A stretch of DNA of 64,000 nucleotides from Escherichia coli (GTDB lineage: Bacteria; Pseudomonadota; Gammaproteobacteria; Enterobacterales; Enterobacteriaceae), in the NCBI RefSeq assembly GCF_030013205.1, contig NZ_CP122648.1. One strand, 5' to 3'. Position 1 is the stretch's first letter, and each line of letters starts with the position of its first letter. This document shows, in pieces, positions 9,600 through 25,729 of the stretch. The position numbers and the translations under genes are program-made. The notes under the pieces were generated by a model that saw nothing but the letters and a program-made list of their open reading frames with translations, had not been told where the DNA came from and did no database searches.

Positions 9600-11274
9600 C
9601 GCGCTTCCTCCCCCGCCATCCGCTTAACAATGCGCCCGCAATCATCAACAATCCTCCCCCCCAGATCCAGCGCACACCGCATTGTACATACAAACGAAAA
9701 GCGTAACGATCCGATCCGGTTTTCTCGCCCATGACCGCATACCAGTCATGGATACCATTCCAGCGAATTGACGGCTCCATCATTTGCTGACGACGTGCTT
9801 CGTAAAAACGCCGCTCCGGCGTTAATTCACCAATGCGTTGCTGATGGTCAAACAGCGCCACTATCGCTTTTTCGCTGGTGTAATTGCCTTTGGCTTGCAG
9901 ATCGAGGCGCTCAAAACGGAAGGTGTATCCTGCCAGCGTCACCTGCTGACCCGGCTGTAAATTCAGGCTGATCTCCTGACGGCTGACGCTGGAGACCACG
10001 ATCCCTGCGGCAAATAACAGCACGCCCGCATGAGCTACCAGCGCCGGAAGGTGCACGCGTTTGCCAGAGACAAACGTCGCCAGCACAATCACCACCAGCA
10101 TCAACAGACCAAACGGTAACGTCGCGCGGTTAAAATACGGCGCGCCAACGGAGAGGCGTCCCCAGCCCAGCAGGCCGTAAATCATCGGATAAAGCGTTCC
10201 CACCAGCACGATCAATAGCACTGCGCAAAACAGCAACAGCGTAGCGAGGATTAACATTTCCCGCGATAATCCCGAAAAACGCACCGCCGGGCCACCGTCC
10301 CGCGCTCGCCAGCCATACAGAGCCAGAGACGAAAGGCTAATCAGTGCAAACAGGCCGAACAACGGCACGGCGCGGACGTTATCCAGTGCGAACGCATGAA
10401 CCGAAACCAGAATGCCAGAACGGACAATTAAGGTGACCAGCAGCGACAGCATCAGAGTAACTATCGCCAGCAACAGCGACCAGTGGCGGAAAATCCCCCG
10501 CTGGCGTGTCAGGGACAAACTGTGCAGCAGTGCAGTGGCAGAAAGCCAGGGTAATAAAGAGGCGTTTTCCACCGGGTCCCAGAACCACCAGCCGCCCCAG
10601 CCCAGTTCGCAATAGGCCCACCAGGAACCGAGGATGATCCCCGCCGTTAATGCCCCCCAGCCTGGTAGTGCCCAGCGCCAGCAAATTCGGGCGCAGGCAC
10701 CATCAAACTCGCTGCGCAGTAAACTCCCCAGCGCCACGCTCGCCGCCACCATCAAACCGCCATAGCCGAGATAAAGCAGCGGCGGATGGAAGATAAGACC
10801 GGGATGTTGCAGCATCGGATTGAGATCGCGGCCTTCGATTGCTGGTGGAAATATCCGCACGAAGGGATCGGACCACAGCACCACAAACAGTAGCAGTGCG
10901 GCGAGCATGAGAGATAAAACGGCTAGCGTCAGCGGAAATAGCGGATCGGTTTGCTGCCGATAATGCCAGGCAAACAGCGCGCTCCAGGCGGAAAGCAGCA
11001 GCACCCAAAGCAGCAGCGAACCTTCATGACCGCCCCACACCGCTGCCAGTTTGAGTTCCCACGACAGCAGGCTGTAGCTATGTTGGGCGACATAAATGAC
11101 CGAGAAATCGCTGATGAGAAAGCAATACGTCAGTACGCCAAAGGCGAGCAGCAGGAGCGCGAACTGCGCCAGAATGCCGATGCAAGTGAGTCGCATCATG
11201 GCAGGCCAGCGCAACCGCACTCCCGCGAAGGCCGTCAACGGGGTCAACACGTTGACCCCGAGACTTAACAACAA
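9592..11274 (-). CDS. nrfE: NrfE (CcmF-like haem lyase, polytopic membrane protein)
   Basis: 560-aa ORF, highly hydrophobic, Trp-rich WGGWWFWDPVEN motif typical of CcmF/NrfE; exact start uncertain. Confidence 0.85.
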   Translation of the reverse strand: MLLSLGVNVLTPLTAFAGVRLRWPAMMRLTCIGILAQFALLLLAFGVLTYCFLISDFSVIYVAQHSYSLLSWELKLAAVWGGHEGSLLLWVLLLSAWSALFAWHYRQQTDPLFPLTLAVLSLMLAALLLFVVLWSDPFVRIFPPAIEGRDLNPMLQHPGLIFHPPLLYLGYGGLMVAASVALGSLLRSEFDGACARICWRWALPGWGALTAGIILGSWWAYCELGWGGWWFWDPVENASLLPWLSATALLHSLSLTRQRGIFRHWSLLLAIVTLMLSLLVTLIVRSGILVSVHAFALDNVRAVPLFGLFALISLSSLALYGWRARDGGPAVRFSGLSREMLILATLLLFCAVLLIVLVGTLYPMIYGLLGWGRLSVGAPYFNRATLPFGLLMLVVIVLATFVSGKRVHLPALVAHAGVLLFAAGIVVSSVSRQEISLNLQPGQQVTLAGYTFRFERLDLQAKGNYTSEKAIVALFDHQQRIGELTPERRFYEARRQQMMEPSIRWNGIHDWYAVMGEKTGSDRYAFRLYVQCGVRWIWGGGLLMIAGALLSGWRGRKRDE

Positions 11275-11329
11275 CGCCAGAAAACCGACTTCAGGAAGGA
11301 ATACGTCCAGAAACCACCTCTGTTCTGGC

Positions 11330-12286
11330 TTACGCCACCGTTAACTGCCCGGCGTAGAGAATGAAAAAACGCAGCATCAACACGCCGACCAGGCTGGCCC
11401 CACACGCCGCCAGCACAGCAGGAATGCCGGAACTGCGATTGACCCACGGTTTGAGCAACATTGGCACAATCAGCCCCAGCCCGGCGACACCAAGCCAGAA
11501 CCACCACGTCCAGAAACCGCCGCCCAATGCCGCCACCAGCGCACGCACTTTACCGTCATCGCCCAGGGCCAGTCCGACAAAAAACGCCACCAGCAGGAAG
11601 ATTTCGCCCCATACCACAGGGATCTCCATACGGTGTACAAAGTGCGCTTCCGTGGAATGCGGGTTACTGCGCTGACATATCGCCATGGCGATCAGCGCCA
11701 CCGCCGCACCGGACGAGATGCCGGAGAAGAGGAACAACACCGGCAGGATCGGGTTATTGAGGAACGGATACGATTTCAGCGCCGATAGCAGAAAGCCGGT
11801 ATAAGCCCCCAGCAGCACCGCCAGCACCAGCATCAATGTTTCCAGTCCGCGATGAACGGGCGTCAGCAGGCTCAGAACCTTTTGCACGAACCCCAGCTTC
11901 GGCAACCAGCGTTGTTGCAGGGCAAGCAAATCATGTTCAAAGATTTTCGCCAGCCACAGCAACAGCACCACCATGTAGAGCTGAAACAGCATCACCCCCA
12001 TCGACATCACCGAGGTAAAACTGTAGTGGAACATCAGCTTCCAGAAGGTCCACGGTCTTGTCAGGTGGAAGACGAGGATCAACAGACCAAGGATCACCGC
12101 GCCAGGCCCGACAATCAGCGTGGTGCGCAACAACGTACTGTCTGCACCGCCCGCCTGCGGGTAGACGCGACGTAACAGCACGGCCAGTGTCACCAGACCG
12201 GCAGAAATACCAATCAAAAACAGGTAGATGGCAATCGGCCAGTCCCACACCAGCGATTCAAAATGAAATGCGGAAGTCTGCGTCAT
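11330..12286 (-). CDS. nrfD: NrfD (membrane quinol-interacting subunit, 318 aa)
   Basis: 318-aa polytopic membrane ORF overlapping the nrfC stop. Confidence 0.85.
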   Translation of the reverse strand: MTQTSAFHFESLVWDWPIAIYLFLIGISAGLVTLAVLLRRVYPQAGGADSTLLRTTLIVGPGAVILGLLILVFHLTRPWTFWKLMFHYSFTSVMSMGVMLFQLYMVVLLLWLAKIFEHDLLALQQRWLPKLGFVQKVLSLLTPVHRGLETLMLVLAVLLGAYTGFLLSALKSYPFLNNPILPVLFLFSGISSGAAVALIAMAICQRSNPHSTEAHFVHRMEIPVVWGEIFLLVAFFVGLALGDDGKVRALVAALGGGFWTWWFWLGVAGLGLIVPMLLKPWVNRSSGIPAVLAACGASLVGVLMLRFFILYAGQLTVA

Positions 12287-12954
12287 TGGCTCACCTCCCC
12301 GTATTTAAACGGTACGCGGTACAGCTTCGGTTTGGTTCCCAGCGCCAGCTTGTAGCGGTAAGTGGGCTTCTGGCGCAGCAGTTGCGAAATCTCACTGTTG
12401 GGATCGTCCAGATTGCCAAACGTCAGCGCCTTCGTCGGGCAAGCTTCAACGCACGCGGGCAGCTTACCGGCCTGCAAATTGGTCTTACGGCAGAAATCGC
12501 ATTTGTCCGCTGTCTTCGTGACCGGATGGATAAAGCGCACGCGGTACGGACAGGCGGCGATGCAGTACTGACAACCGACGCAGAGATCCGGATTTACATC
12601 GACAATCCCACTGGCAGCATCGCGAAAAGACGCACCGGTCGGGCAGACGTCAACGCACGGCGCATGATCACAGTGCTGGCAAGACTTACGGAAGAAGCGA
12701 TATTTCACATCAGGAAATTCGCCCTGTGGCTCGCTACGAATAATTGTCAGGCGCGAGACGCCTTCCGGCACCTTGTTCACTTCCCGACAAGCATCCATAC
12801 AGGCGGTACAGCCGATGCATAACGACTCGTCATGCACCATGCCGTAACGCACCCCATTGATATTCAACGTTTTCGCCACCACGCGCCCTGCGGTGCCGCT
12901 GACGGCTGCCAGCACGCCGACGCCGGTGAGAAACTGGCGACGTGACCAGGTCAT
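12283..12954 (-). CDS. nrfC: NrfC (4Fe-4S ferredoxin-type subunit, Tat signal, 223 aa)
   Basis: Twin-arginine motif SRRQFLTG; several CxxCxxCxxxCP ferredoxin motifs. Confidence 0.9.
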   Translation of the reverse strand: MTWSRRQFLTGVGVLAAVSGTAGRVVAKTLNINGVRYGMVHDESLCIGCTACMDACREVNKVPEGVSRLTIIRSEPQGEFPDVKYRFFRKSCQHCDHAPCVDVCPTGASFRDAASGIVDVNPDLCVGCQYCIAACPYRVRFIHPVTKTADKCDFCRKTNLQAGKLPACVEACPTKALTFGNLDDPNSEISQLLRQKPTYRYKLALGTKPKLYRVPFKYGEVSQ

Positions 12955-13517
12955 GGCTGCTCCTTAAGCAACGGAACAGACGCCGGGTTAAAGTTCGGAT
13001 TGGTGCGCTGATCGCTGTGGCAATCGACGCAAATCTTAATCCGTCCTTTGTCACTTAACGTCTGCATCGTATCTTGCTGTGGATGCAGGGAATGGCAGCT
13101 GGCGCACGCCACTTTGGTTACGTGGACATCGTGTGGCCAGAACGCTTTTTGCAACTGTTCCGGCAGATGGCAGGACATACAGACGCTGTTCTGCTCTCCA
13201 ACCTTGTACATCGGCTCGTTAAAGCGCATCACATCTTTCACCCCTTCGCGGTGTTGCGGTGATGGCTGGCCGTGACAGTTGGTGCAGGTGACCGGCAGTT
13301 TGTTATTCGGGTTGATAACGGAAGCATGTTTGCCATGCATACCTTCGGTATCTGGCTTATGACAGTCCAGACAGGCGGCATCCGGGTTACGCTGCTGGGT
13401 AACTTCGTAGCGATCACCAGATGCCTGCGCCGCAGGGGTAGCGGTAATTCCGTTCAGGCTCCACAACAGGCCCGACGCCAGCACCCCGGCAGTTAATAAC
13501 GAACGTAATACGCTCAT
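12951..13517 (-). CDS. nrfB: NrfB (pentahaem cytochrome c, 188 aa)
   Basis: Signal peptide then five CxxCH haem-binding motifs (CLDCH, CTNCH, CMSCH, CASCH, CVDCH). Confidence 0.9.
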   Translation of the reverse strand: MSVLRSLLTAGVLASGLLWSLNGITATPAAQASGDRYEVTQQRNPDAACLDCHKPDTEGMHGKHASVINPNNKLPVTCTNCHGQPSPQHREGVKDVMRFNEPMYKVGEQNSVCMSCHLPEQLQKAFWPHDVHVTKVACASCHSLHPQQDTMQTLSDKGRIKICVDCHSDQRTNPNFNPASVPLLKEQP

Positions 13518-13561
13518 ATTCACTCCATTGTGTTTTCCGCCCCTTGCGAGGCGGAACGGGG

Positions 13562-17349
<3,788 letters not shown>

Positions 17350-17358
17350 CCCACAATT

Positions 17359-17393
17359 GCCGGATGCGGCGTATAACGCCTTATCCGGTCTAC
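17359..17393. repeat. REP element
   Basis: GCCGGATGCGGCGTATAACGCCTTATCCGGTCTAC. Confidence 0.7.
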
Positions 17394-17574
17394 ACGCCCC
17401 TTTCTTTATAGTGGGAAAGGGCAAATATAAAAATTCCCCTAAGTATTTCGCGTTGCAGGAAGGAAGCAAGCGAGCATCTCCCAGGAGCATAGAAAACTAT
17501 GTGACTGGGGGAGGCGAGTGCGGCTGACGAACCTGCGGCGTGAAAGACGACGGGGAACCTCTGGAGAATCTGTG

Positions 17575-19535
<1,961 letters not shown>

Positions 19536-19712
19536 TCTCTCCCCTTCCCCGGTCGCCTGACCGGGGAATACCCTTCCTCTGCAAAATGCATCACCTTTTC
19601 CCATAATATTAAACAAATAAACGCATTAAAAAATGAGCGATTTTTGACAGTCGTAGAAAATGATAATGCAGAGAATATGCCTTTTCTTTCTTGTTAATTA
19701 TAAGGATATTTT

Positions 19713-21005
19713 ATGTGCTACAATGGTTTAAATAATATGTTTTTCCCTCTTTGCCAGATTAACAATAACCACTCTGTCACAAGTCCATCACATACAAAGA
19801 AAACAAAATCAGATAATTACAGAAAACATCATAAAAACACGTTAATTGACAATAAAGCCCTCTCTCTTTTCAAAATAGATGATCATGAAAAAGTGATAGG
19901 CTTGATTCAGAAAATGAAAAGATTTTATGATAGTTTACCATCAGGAAAAATCACGAAAGAAACGGACAGGAAAATACATAAATATTTTATAGATATAGCT
20001 TCACATGCAAATAATAAATGTGACGATAGAATTACGAGAAGAGTTTACCTTAATAAAGATAAGGAAGTGTCCATTAAGGTAGTATATTTTATAAACAATG
20101 TCACCGTCCATAATAATACTATCGAAATCCCACAGACAGTAAATGGTGGTTACGATTTTTCACACCTTAGCCTGAAAGGTATCGTGATTAAAGATGAAGA
20201 TTTATCCAATTCGAATTTTGCAGGTTGCAGACTACAAAACGCTATTTTCCAGGACTGTAATATGTATAAAACGAATTTTAATTTCGCCATAATGGAAAAA
20301 ATACTTTTTGATAATTGTATTCTCGATGACTCAAATTTCGCTCAGATAAAAATGACTGACGGAACTCTAAATTCATGCTCCGCTATCCATGTTCAATTCT
20401 ACAATGCAGCAATGAATAGAGCCAATATTAAAAATACCTTCCTTGACTATTCAAATTTTTATATGGCGTACATGGTTGAGGTAAATTTTTATAAAGTAAT
20501 AGCGCCGTATGTTAATTTATTTAGAGCCGATCTTAGTTTCTCTAAACTCGATTTAATTAACTTTGAACATGCTGATCTGTCTCGCGTCAATCTGAACAAA
20601 GCAACTCTCCAGAATATAAACTTAATTGATAGCAAACTCTTTTTTACGCGGCTGACAAATACATTCCTTGAAATGGTTATATGTACCGGCTCTAATATGG
20701 CTAATGTTAATTTTAATAATGCCAATTTAAGCAATTGCCATTTCAACTGTTCTATTTTAACAAAAGCCTGGATGTTTAATACCCGTCTCTATCGGGTTAA
20801 TTTCGATGAGGCTAACGTGCAGGGAATGGGCATTTCCATTCTCCGTGAGGAGGAAAATATCCCCATTAATAGTGATACCCTGATAACACTACAGAAATTC
20901 TTTGAAGAAGATTGTACCTCTCATACTGGCATGTCACAAACTGAGGATAATATTCATGCAGTCGCTATGAAGATTACTGCAGATATTATGCGAGATGCAG
21001 ATTGA
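19713..21005 (+). CDS. yjcF: Pentapeptide-repeat protein YjcF (about 430 aa; start uncertain)
   Basis: AT-rich ORF with long runs of A(D/N)LSxxxLxxAxLxxxN-type pentapeptide repeats. Confidence 0.8.
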   Translation: MCYNGLNNMFFPLCQINNNHSVTSPSHTKKTKSDNYRKHHKNTLIDNKALSLFKIDDHEKVIGLIQKMKRFYDSLPSGKITKETDRKIHKYFIDIASHANNKCDDRITRRVYLNKDKEVSIKVVYFINNVTVHNNTIEIPQTVNGGYDFSHLSLKGIVIKDEDLSNSNFAGCRLQNAIFQDCNMYKTNFNFAIMEKILFDNCILDDSNFAQIKMTDGTLNSCSAIHVQFYNAAMNRANIKNTFLDYSNFYMAYMVEVNFYKVIAPYVNLFRADLSFSKLDLINFEHADLSRVNLNKATLQNINLIDSKLFFTRLTNTFLEMVICTGSNMANVNFNNANLSNCHFNCSILTKAWMFNTRLYRVNFDEANVQGMGISILREEENIPINSDTLITLQKFFEEDCTSHTGMSQTEDNIHAVAMKITADIMRDAD

Positions 21006-21097
21006 GGTTAAGCCGAAGAACAGCCAATGAATTGACTTTAAAAGAGAGATAACTTATTTGTTTTAGAATCATGTATGTTAGCCCGAGCTAACCTGTT

Positions 21098-21123
21098 AAA
21101 GGTGCAAAAGATTGCACCTTTTT
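21098..21123. terminator. Bidirectional intrinsic terminator between yjcF and yjcE
   Basis: AAAGGTGCAA-aag-aTTGCACCTTTTT, A-tract upstream and T-tract downstream. Confidence 0.75.
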
Positions 21124-21158
21124 CAAATTACCTCGGGCCTGGTTACGTCGCTTTCGGC

Positions 21159-22808
21159 TTACTGATTTTCCTCAATCAACAACGCTTCAAGCAAATCGAG
21201 ATCGTGCAGTAATTTTTGCAGCGTTTCATTGCTGATCTCCCGCGTGGCGCGCAGGTGGTACAGTTCAGCACGTTCAGAACGCAATGCCGCCAGACGGAAG
21301 CGACGCTCAAGGTTCTCTTCCTGCACGGAACTTTCAACGTCGTTACGTCCATCGGCGCGACGACGCAGGTTACCAATGACGCGAGAACTGACCTCCGTGA
21401 GCAGCTGGTTATCGATATTCTCTTCGGTATCCGCCGCCAGACGCTCCTCCATTTTCTGGATCGCCACAATCGCCACTTCTGCCGTTGCCGCTCGCGCAAT
21501 ACGTTCCTCTTTCAATTGTTGCGAATGGTCCGCGACTTCAATGTGTTGTAGCAGAATAGGCAACATCACCACGCCGACAAACAGCGAGAAGAGAATGACA
21601 CCAGCCGCCAGGAATACCAGCTCATAGCGCGCCGGGAAGACGTTACCATCCGGCAAGAGCAGCGGGATAGAGAGCACACCAGCCAGAGTGATCGCCCCAC
21701 GCACCCCGGCGAAAGACGCGATCAGGATTTCTCGTGTGGTCCACGAACCAAACTCCATCGGCTTCTTTTTCAGGAAGCGGTTGCTGAACTTTTTCATCGT
21801 CCACAGCCAGCCGAAACGGACCAGCATCAGCGCCGCATAAATCAGAATGATATCGGTAAACAGCATCCAGATTTCGACGTTAGGGTCGATTTCTGCCGCC
21901 ATCAGCGACGTCTCCAGAATACCCGGCAGCTGCAGACCTAACAGCAGGAATACCATGCCGTTAAAGACAAATTCCAGCATCGCCCAGGTGCTGTTTGCGC
22001 GCAGGCGCATTGCCAGCGGCGCACGGCGCATCACACCGGAGCGGGTGATGGTCATCCCGGCAGCAACCGCAGCGAGGATGCCGGAAACGCCAATATGTTC
22101 GGCAATCAGATAAGAAGCGAATGGCAGCAGGAACAGCAGGACGATCTGCGTCGCGGGTTCATCACCGCCCCAGCGGCTGAGGAATCGCAGCGAGCGACCG
22201 TACAGCCAGCTCACCACAAAACCGGCGAGAATACCGCCAATGGCTACTTTCATAAATTCGACCGTCGCACCGCCAACGGTGAAGATCATCGTCCCCATCG
22301 CCACTGCTACGGCAAACTTCAACGACACCAGGCCAGAGGCGTCATTCATCAACGCTTCGCCCTGCAAAATGCCCATGATTTTTTTCGGGATGCGCCCTTC
22401 GCCAACAATCCCGGAGAGCGCCACAGCATCGGTCGGAGAAAGCACCGCCGCCAGCGCAAAGGCGGGGATCAGCGGAATGCCCGGCACCACCCAGTAAATA
22501 AGGAAGCCAATGCCGACCACGGTGACCACCACCAGCGCCAGCGCGAGGCCGAAAATCTCTCGACCATGTTCGAGAAATTCACGGGTCGGCGTTTTCCAGC
22601 CATCAGCGAACAGCAACGGCGGGATAAACAAGACTAAAAAGAGTTCAGGATCAAACTCCACATGCAAACCAAACGTCGGCCACGCCAGTAGCGCACCGAT
22701 GGCGATTTGCATAAGCGGAAGCGGGATCTGAAAGGGCATGACACGAGTGACCACCCCGGACAGCGAGACCACGAGGGTCATTATCAGTATGGTGAAGAAG
22801 ATTTCCAT
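21159..22808 (-). CDS. yjcE: Na+/H+ exchanger (CPA1 family) YjcE (549 aa)
   Basis: 549-aa ORF, N-terminal polytopic membrane domain plus C-terminal charged cytoplasmic tail. Confidence 0.85.
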   Translation of the reverse strand: MEIFFTILIMTLVVSLSGVVTRVMPFQIPLPLMQIAIGALLAWPTFGLHVEFDPELFLVLFIPPLLFADGWKTPTREFLEHGREIFGLALALVVVTVVGIGFLIYWVVPGIPLIPAFALAAVLSPTDAVALSGIVGEGRIPKKIMGILQGEALMNDASGLVSLKFAVAVAMGTMIFTVGGATVEFMKVAIGGILAGFVVSWLYGRSLRFLSRWGGDEPATQIVLLFLLPFASYLIAEHIGVSGILAAVAAGMTITRSGVMRRAPLAMRLRANSTWAMLEFVFNGMVFLLLGLQLPGILETSLMAAEIDPNVEIWMLFTDIILIYAALMLVRFGWLWTMKKFSNRFLKKKPMEFGSWTTREILIASFAGVRGAITLAGVLSIPLLLPDGNVFPARYELVFLAAGVILFSLFVGVVMLPILLQHIEVADHSQQLKEERIARAATAEVAIVAIQKMEERLAADTEENIDNQLLTEVSSRVIGNLRRRADGRNDVESSVQEENLERRFRLAALRSERAELYHLRATREISNETLQKLLHDLDLLEALLIEENQ

Positions 22809-22958
22809 GCGTTCCCTGTTTGCGATGTTTTTTATGATCTGAGAAAGACGTTATGCCTGAATTCTCATTTTTTCAGAATATCGCAAAAGCTCACACAATG
22901 TGCGGAGAAAATAAAAACGGGCAGCCATTGCCACCCGTTTTCAGAATCATATGAAAGA

Positions 22959-24308
22959 TTAGATAGCCCAGCCACCCGCATAGAAGGTCACCAGCGCCAC
23001 AGCGATAACGACCGTACCGATGTTCAACTTGCGCCATTCGCCGGAAACCAGACGACCAATCACCAGAGTCGCGAAGCCGATCATGATGCCTGTTACGATG
23101 TTACAGGTCAGCACGATGAATACCGCCGTAACCAGACCCGCCATCGCATCAACAAAATCAGCAAAGTCGATTTTCGCCACGTTACTCAGCATCAGCAGGC
23201 CAACGTACATCAGCGCCGGAGCCGTTGCATACCCCGGAACGAGGTAAGAGAGCGGAGAGAGGAACAGAATCAGCAGGAACAGCACGCCAACGGTGATAGC
23301 CGTCAACCCGGTTTTACCGCCCGCCGCCGTACCCGCCGCAGACTCGATGTATACCGCTGCCGGAGCTGCACCCACCAGGCCAGAGAAAACGCTGCTCATG
23401 GAGTCGGTGGTCAGTGCTTTCCCACCGTCAATGATCTGCCCATCTTTATCCAGCAGGTTCGCCTGACCGGCGACGGCGCGGATAGTTCCGGTGGCATCAA
23501 ATACTGCCGTCATCACCAGCGCCAGAACGCTTGGCAGGACTACAGGATTCAGCGCGCCCATAATGTCCAGGCTACCAATCAGTGAATTGCCGTTTTCATC
23601 GCTCAATGAAGGCATGGCGAAAACGCCGGAGAAATGGACGTTAGGATCGAAGATCAAACCGACAATTGAGATACCGATAATGGTCAGCAGAATGCCACCA
23701 GGGACTTTCAGTTTTTCCAGGCCGATGATCACCGCCAGACCTACCAGTGACATAATCACCGGGAAGGTCGCGAAATCACCCAGCGCAACGGGCAGACCAT
23801 CAAGCGGGTTTTTAATCACCAGACCGACACCATTAGCGGCAATGAGCAGCAGGAACAGACCGATACCGATCCCCGTGCCGTGCGCCACACCGTGCGGCAA
23901 GTTGCGCAAAATCCAGCTACGGATACCCGTGGCAGAAATTACCGTAAACAGTACACCCATCAGGAACACAGCACCCAGCGCGACAGGTACGCTAATATGT
24001 TGCCCCAGCACCAGACTGAATGCGGTAAACGCCGTCAGGGAGATGGCGCAACCAATCGCCAACGGCAGATTAGCCCACAGACCCATCACGATAGAACCGA
24101 GTCCGGCAACCAGACAGGTCGCAACGAAAACTGCCGCAGGCGGGAAGCCTGCTTTACCCAACATGCCTGGAACGACGATAACCGAGTAGACCATCGCCAG
24201 AAATGTTGTTAACCCGGCAACCACTTCCTGACGGACAGTGCTTCCACGTTGTGAAATTTTAAACCAGGCGTCGAGTGAACCGCCGGTACGCGCTGATGGC
24301 GTAGACAT
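22959..24308 (-). CDS. ghxP: Guanine/hypoxanthine permease GhxP (NCS2/AzgA family, 449 aa)
   Basis: 449-aa polytopic membrane ORF; recognised as YjcD/GhxP by sequence and synteny next to soxR. Confidence 0.85.
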
Positions 24309-24413
24309 AAGAAAACATCCCCTGAGAGTTTAATTTTCGTCAAGATGCGTGGCGGACAATCCCCTGCCAGCGAAACGTTATCTTCCTGCTCCAGGTTTGC
24401 GACAAATTGGTGC

Positions 24414-24427
24414 GTCGCAAAAAAGCA
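24414..24427. promoter_or_regulatory. Candidate PurR box upstream of ghxP
   Basis: AGCAAACGTTTAGC matches the GCAAACGTTT core of the PurR operator, ~110 bp upstream of the ghxP start. Confidence 0.35.
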
Positions 24428-24564
24428 AACGTTTAGCTCCGCGCATACAAAACGGGTGGTAAAAAAAGCAAACGATTATCCGGCGATCATAGCGGCTTTT
24501 TCAACCGAAGTTTGCTGCTTTTTTCTCTTTTATTGTCTTGACGATGAAAAACCAGGCAATTGAT

Positions 24565-24580
24565 GCGCAAACGTTATCGT
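24565..24580. promoter_or_regulatory. Second candidate PurR-like box
   Basis: GCGCAAACGTTATCGT (compare consensus ACGCAAACGTTTTCGT). Confidence 0.3.
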
Positions 24581-24829
24581 CGATGCGCAAGATTGCAGCG
24601 TTATCGAGCCATATACCGTTCAGGATTGCGATAAAAAATCGTCTGAGATGACAAAAATATTGCGGCTAAAAAGTGTACTTTTACTCTGGCGAAGAAACGC
24701 CGGTGACATACAATTAAAGCATCAACACCAACCGGAACCTCCACCACGTGCTCGAATGAGGTGTGTTGACGTCGGGGGAAACCCTCCTGTGTACCAGCGG
24801 GATAGAGAGAAAGACAAAGACCGGAAAAC

Positions 24830-24860
24830 AAACTAAAGCGCCCTTGTGGCGCTTTAGTTT
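24830..24860. terminator. Palindromic terminator at the soxR 3' end
   Basis: AAACTAAAGCGCC-cttgtg-GCGCTTTAGTTT perfect 13-bp inverted repeat. Confidence 0.7.
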
Positions 24861-25318
24861 TGTTCATCTTCCAGCAAGCGTGCGCCTGTGCCTTCTTCTC
24901 CTAAGCGGTCGCCCGGGTTACGCAATGGGCAATCACTGCGCGAAAGGCAGCCACAACCAATACATCCGTCCAGCTCGTCACGCAGCGCCACTAAGGTATG
25001 AATGCGCCGATCCAACTCTTCTCGCCATTGGGACGAAAGCTGTTTCCACTCTTTCGCACTTAATGTATGCCCTTCGGGCAACACGCCGAATGCTTCACGA
25101 ATGGTCGCCAGCGGAATGCCAATACGCTGAGCAATTTTGATGATTGCGACATATCGCAACACATCACGTTTATATCGCCGCTGATTGCCACTATTACGGA
25201 TACTGCTAATCAACCCTTTGCTTTCATAGAAATGCAGCGCCGATACCGCCACACCGCTGCGTTTTGCCACTTCGCCGGGGGTTAGCAGCGCTTTAATGCG
25301 GGGTAATTTCTTTTCCAT
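24854..25318 (-). CDS. soxR: Redox-sensitive MerR-family activator SoxR (154 aa)
   Basis: MerR-type N-terminal HTH; C-terminal [2Fe-2S] motif [12 protein letters not shown]. Confidence 0.95.
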   Translation of the reverse strand: MEKKLPRIKALLTPGEVAKRSGVAVSALHFYESKGLISSIRNSGNQRRYKRDVLRYVAIIKIAQRIGIPLATIREAFGVLPEGHTLSAKEWKQLSSQWREELDRRIHTLVALRDELDGCIGCGCLSRSDCPLRNPGDRLGEEGTGARLLEDEQN

Positions 25319-25329
25319 AAATCGCTTTA

Positions 25330-25347
25330 CCTCAAGTTAACTTGAGG
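25330..25347. promoter_or_regulatory. SoxR operator within the soxS promoter spacer
   Basis: Perfect 18-bp palindrome CCTCAAGTTAACTTGAGG in the soxR-soxS divergent region. Confidence 0.9.
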
Positions 25348-25403
25348 AATTATACTCCCCAACAGATGAATTAACGAACTGAACACTGAAAAGAGGCAGA
25401 TTT

Positions 25404-25727
25404 ATGTCCCATCAGAAAATTATTCAGGATCTTATCGCATGGATTGACGAGCATATTGACCAGCCGCTTAACATTGATGTCGTCGCAAAAAAATCAGGCT
25501 ATTCAAAGTGGTACTTACAGCGGATGTTCCGCACCGTGACGCATCAGACACTTGGTGATTACATTCGCCAACGCCGCCTGTTACTGGCCGCCGTTGAGTT
25601 GCGCACCACCGAGCGTCCGATTTTTGATATCGCAATGGACCTGGGTTATGTCTCTCAGCAGACCTTCTCCCGCGTTTTCCGTCGGCAGTTTGATCGCACT
25701 CCCAGCGATTATCGCCACCGCCTGTAG
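25404..25727 (+). CDS. soxS: AraC-family superoxide-response regulator SoxS (107 aa)
   Basis: 107-aa ORF consisting only of the AraC dual-HTH domain; divergent from soxR. Confidence 0.95.
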   Translation: MSHQKIIQDLIAWIDEHIDQPLNIDVVAKKSGYSKWYLQRMFRTVTHQTLGDYIRQRRLLLAAVELRTTERPIFDIAMDLGYVSQQTFSRVFRRQFDRTPSDYRHRL

Positions 25728-25729
25728 TT

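Noticed and set aside
24309-24853. Small RNA ryjA expected from the K-12 map between ghxP and soxR
   Set aside because: Only recalled from the reference map; no promoter or terminator pair could be delimited confidently, so it is mentioned but not annotated.
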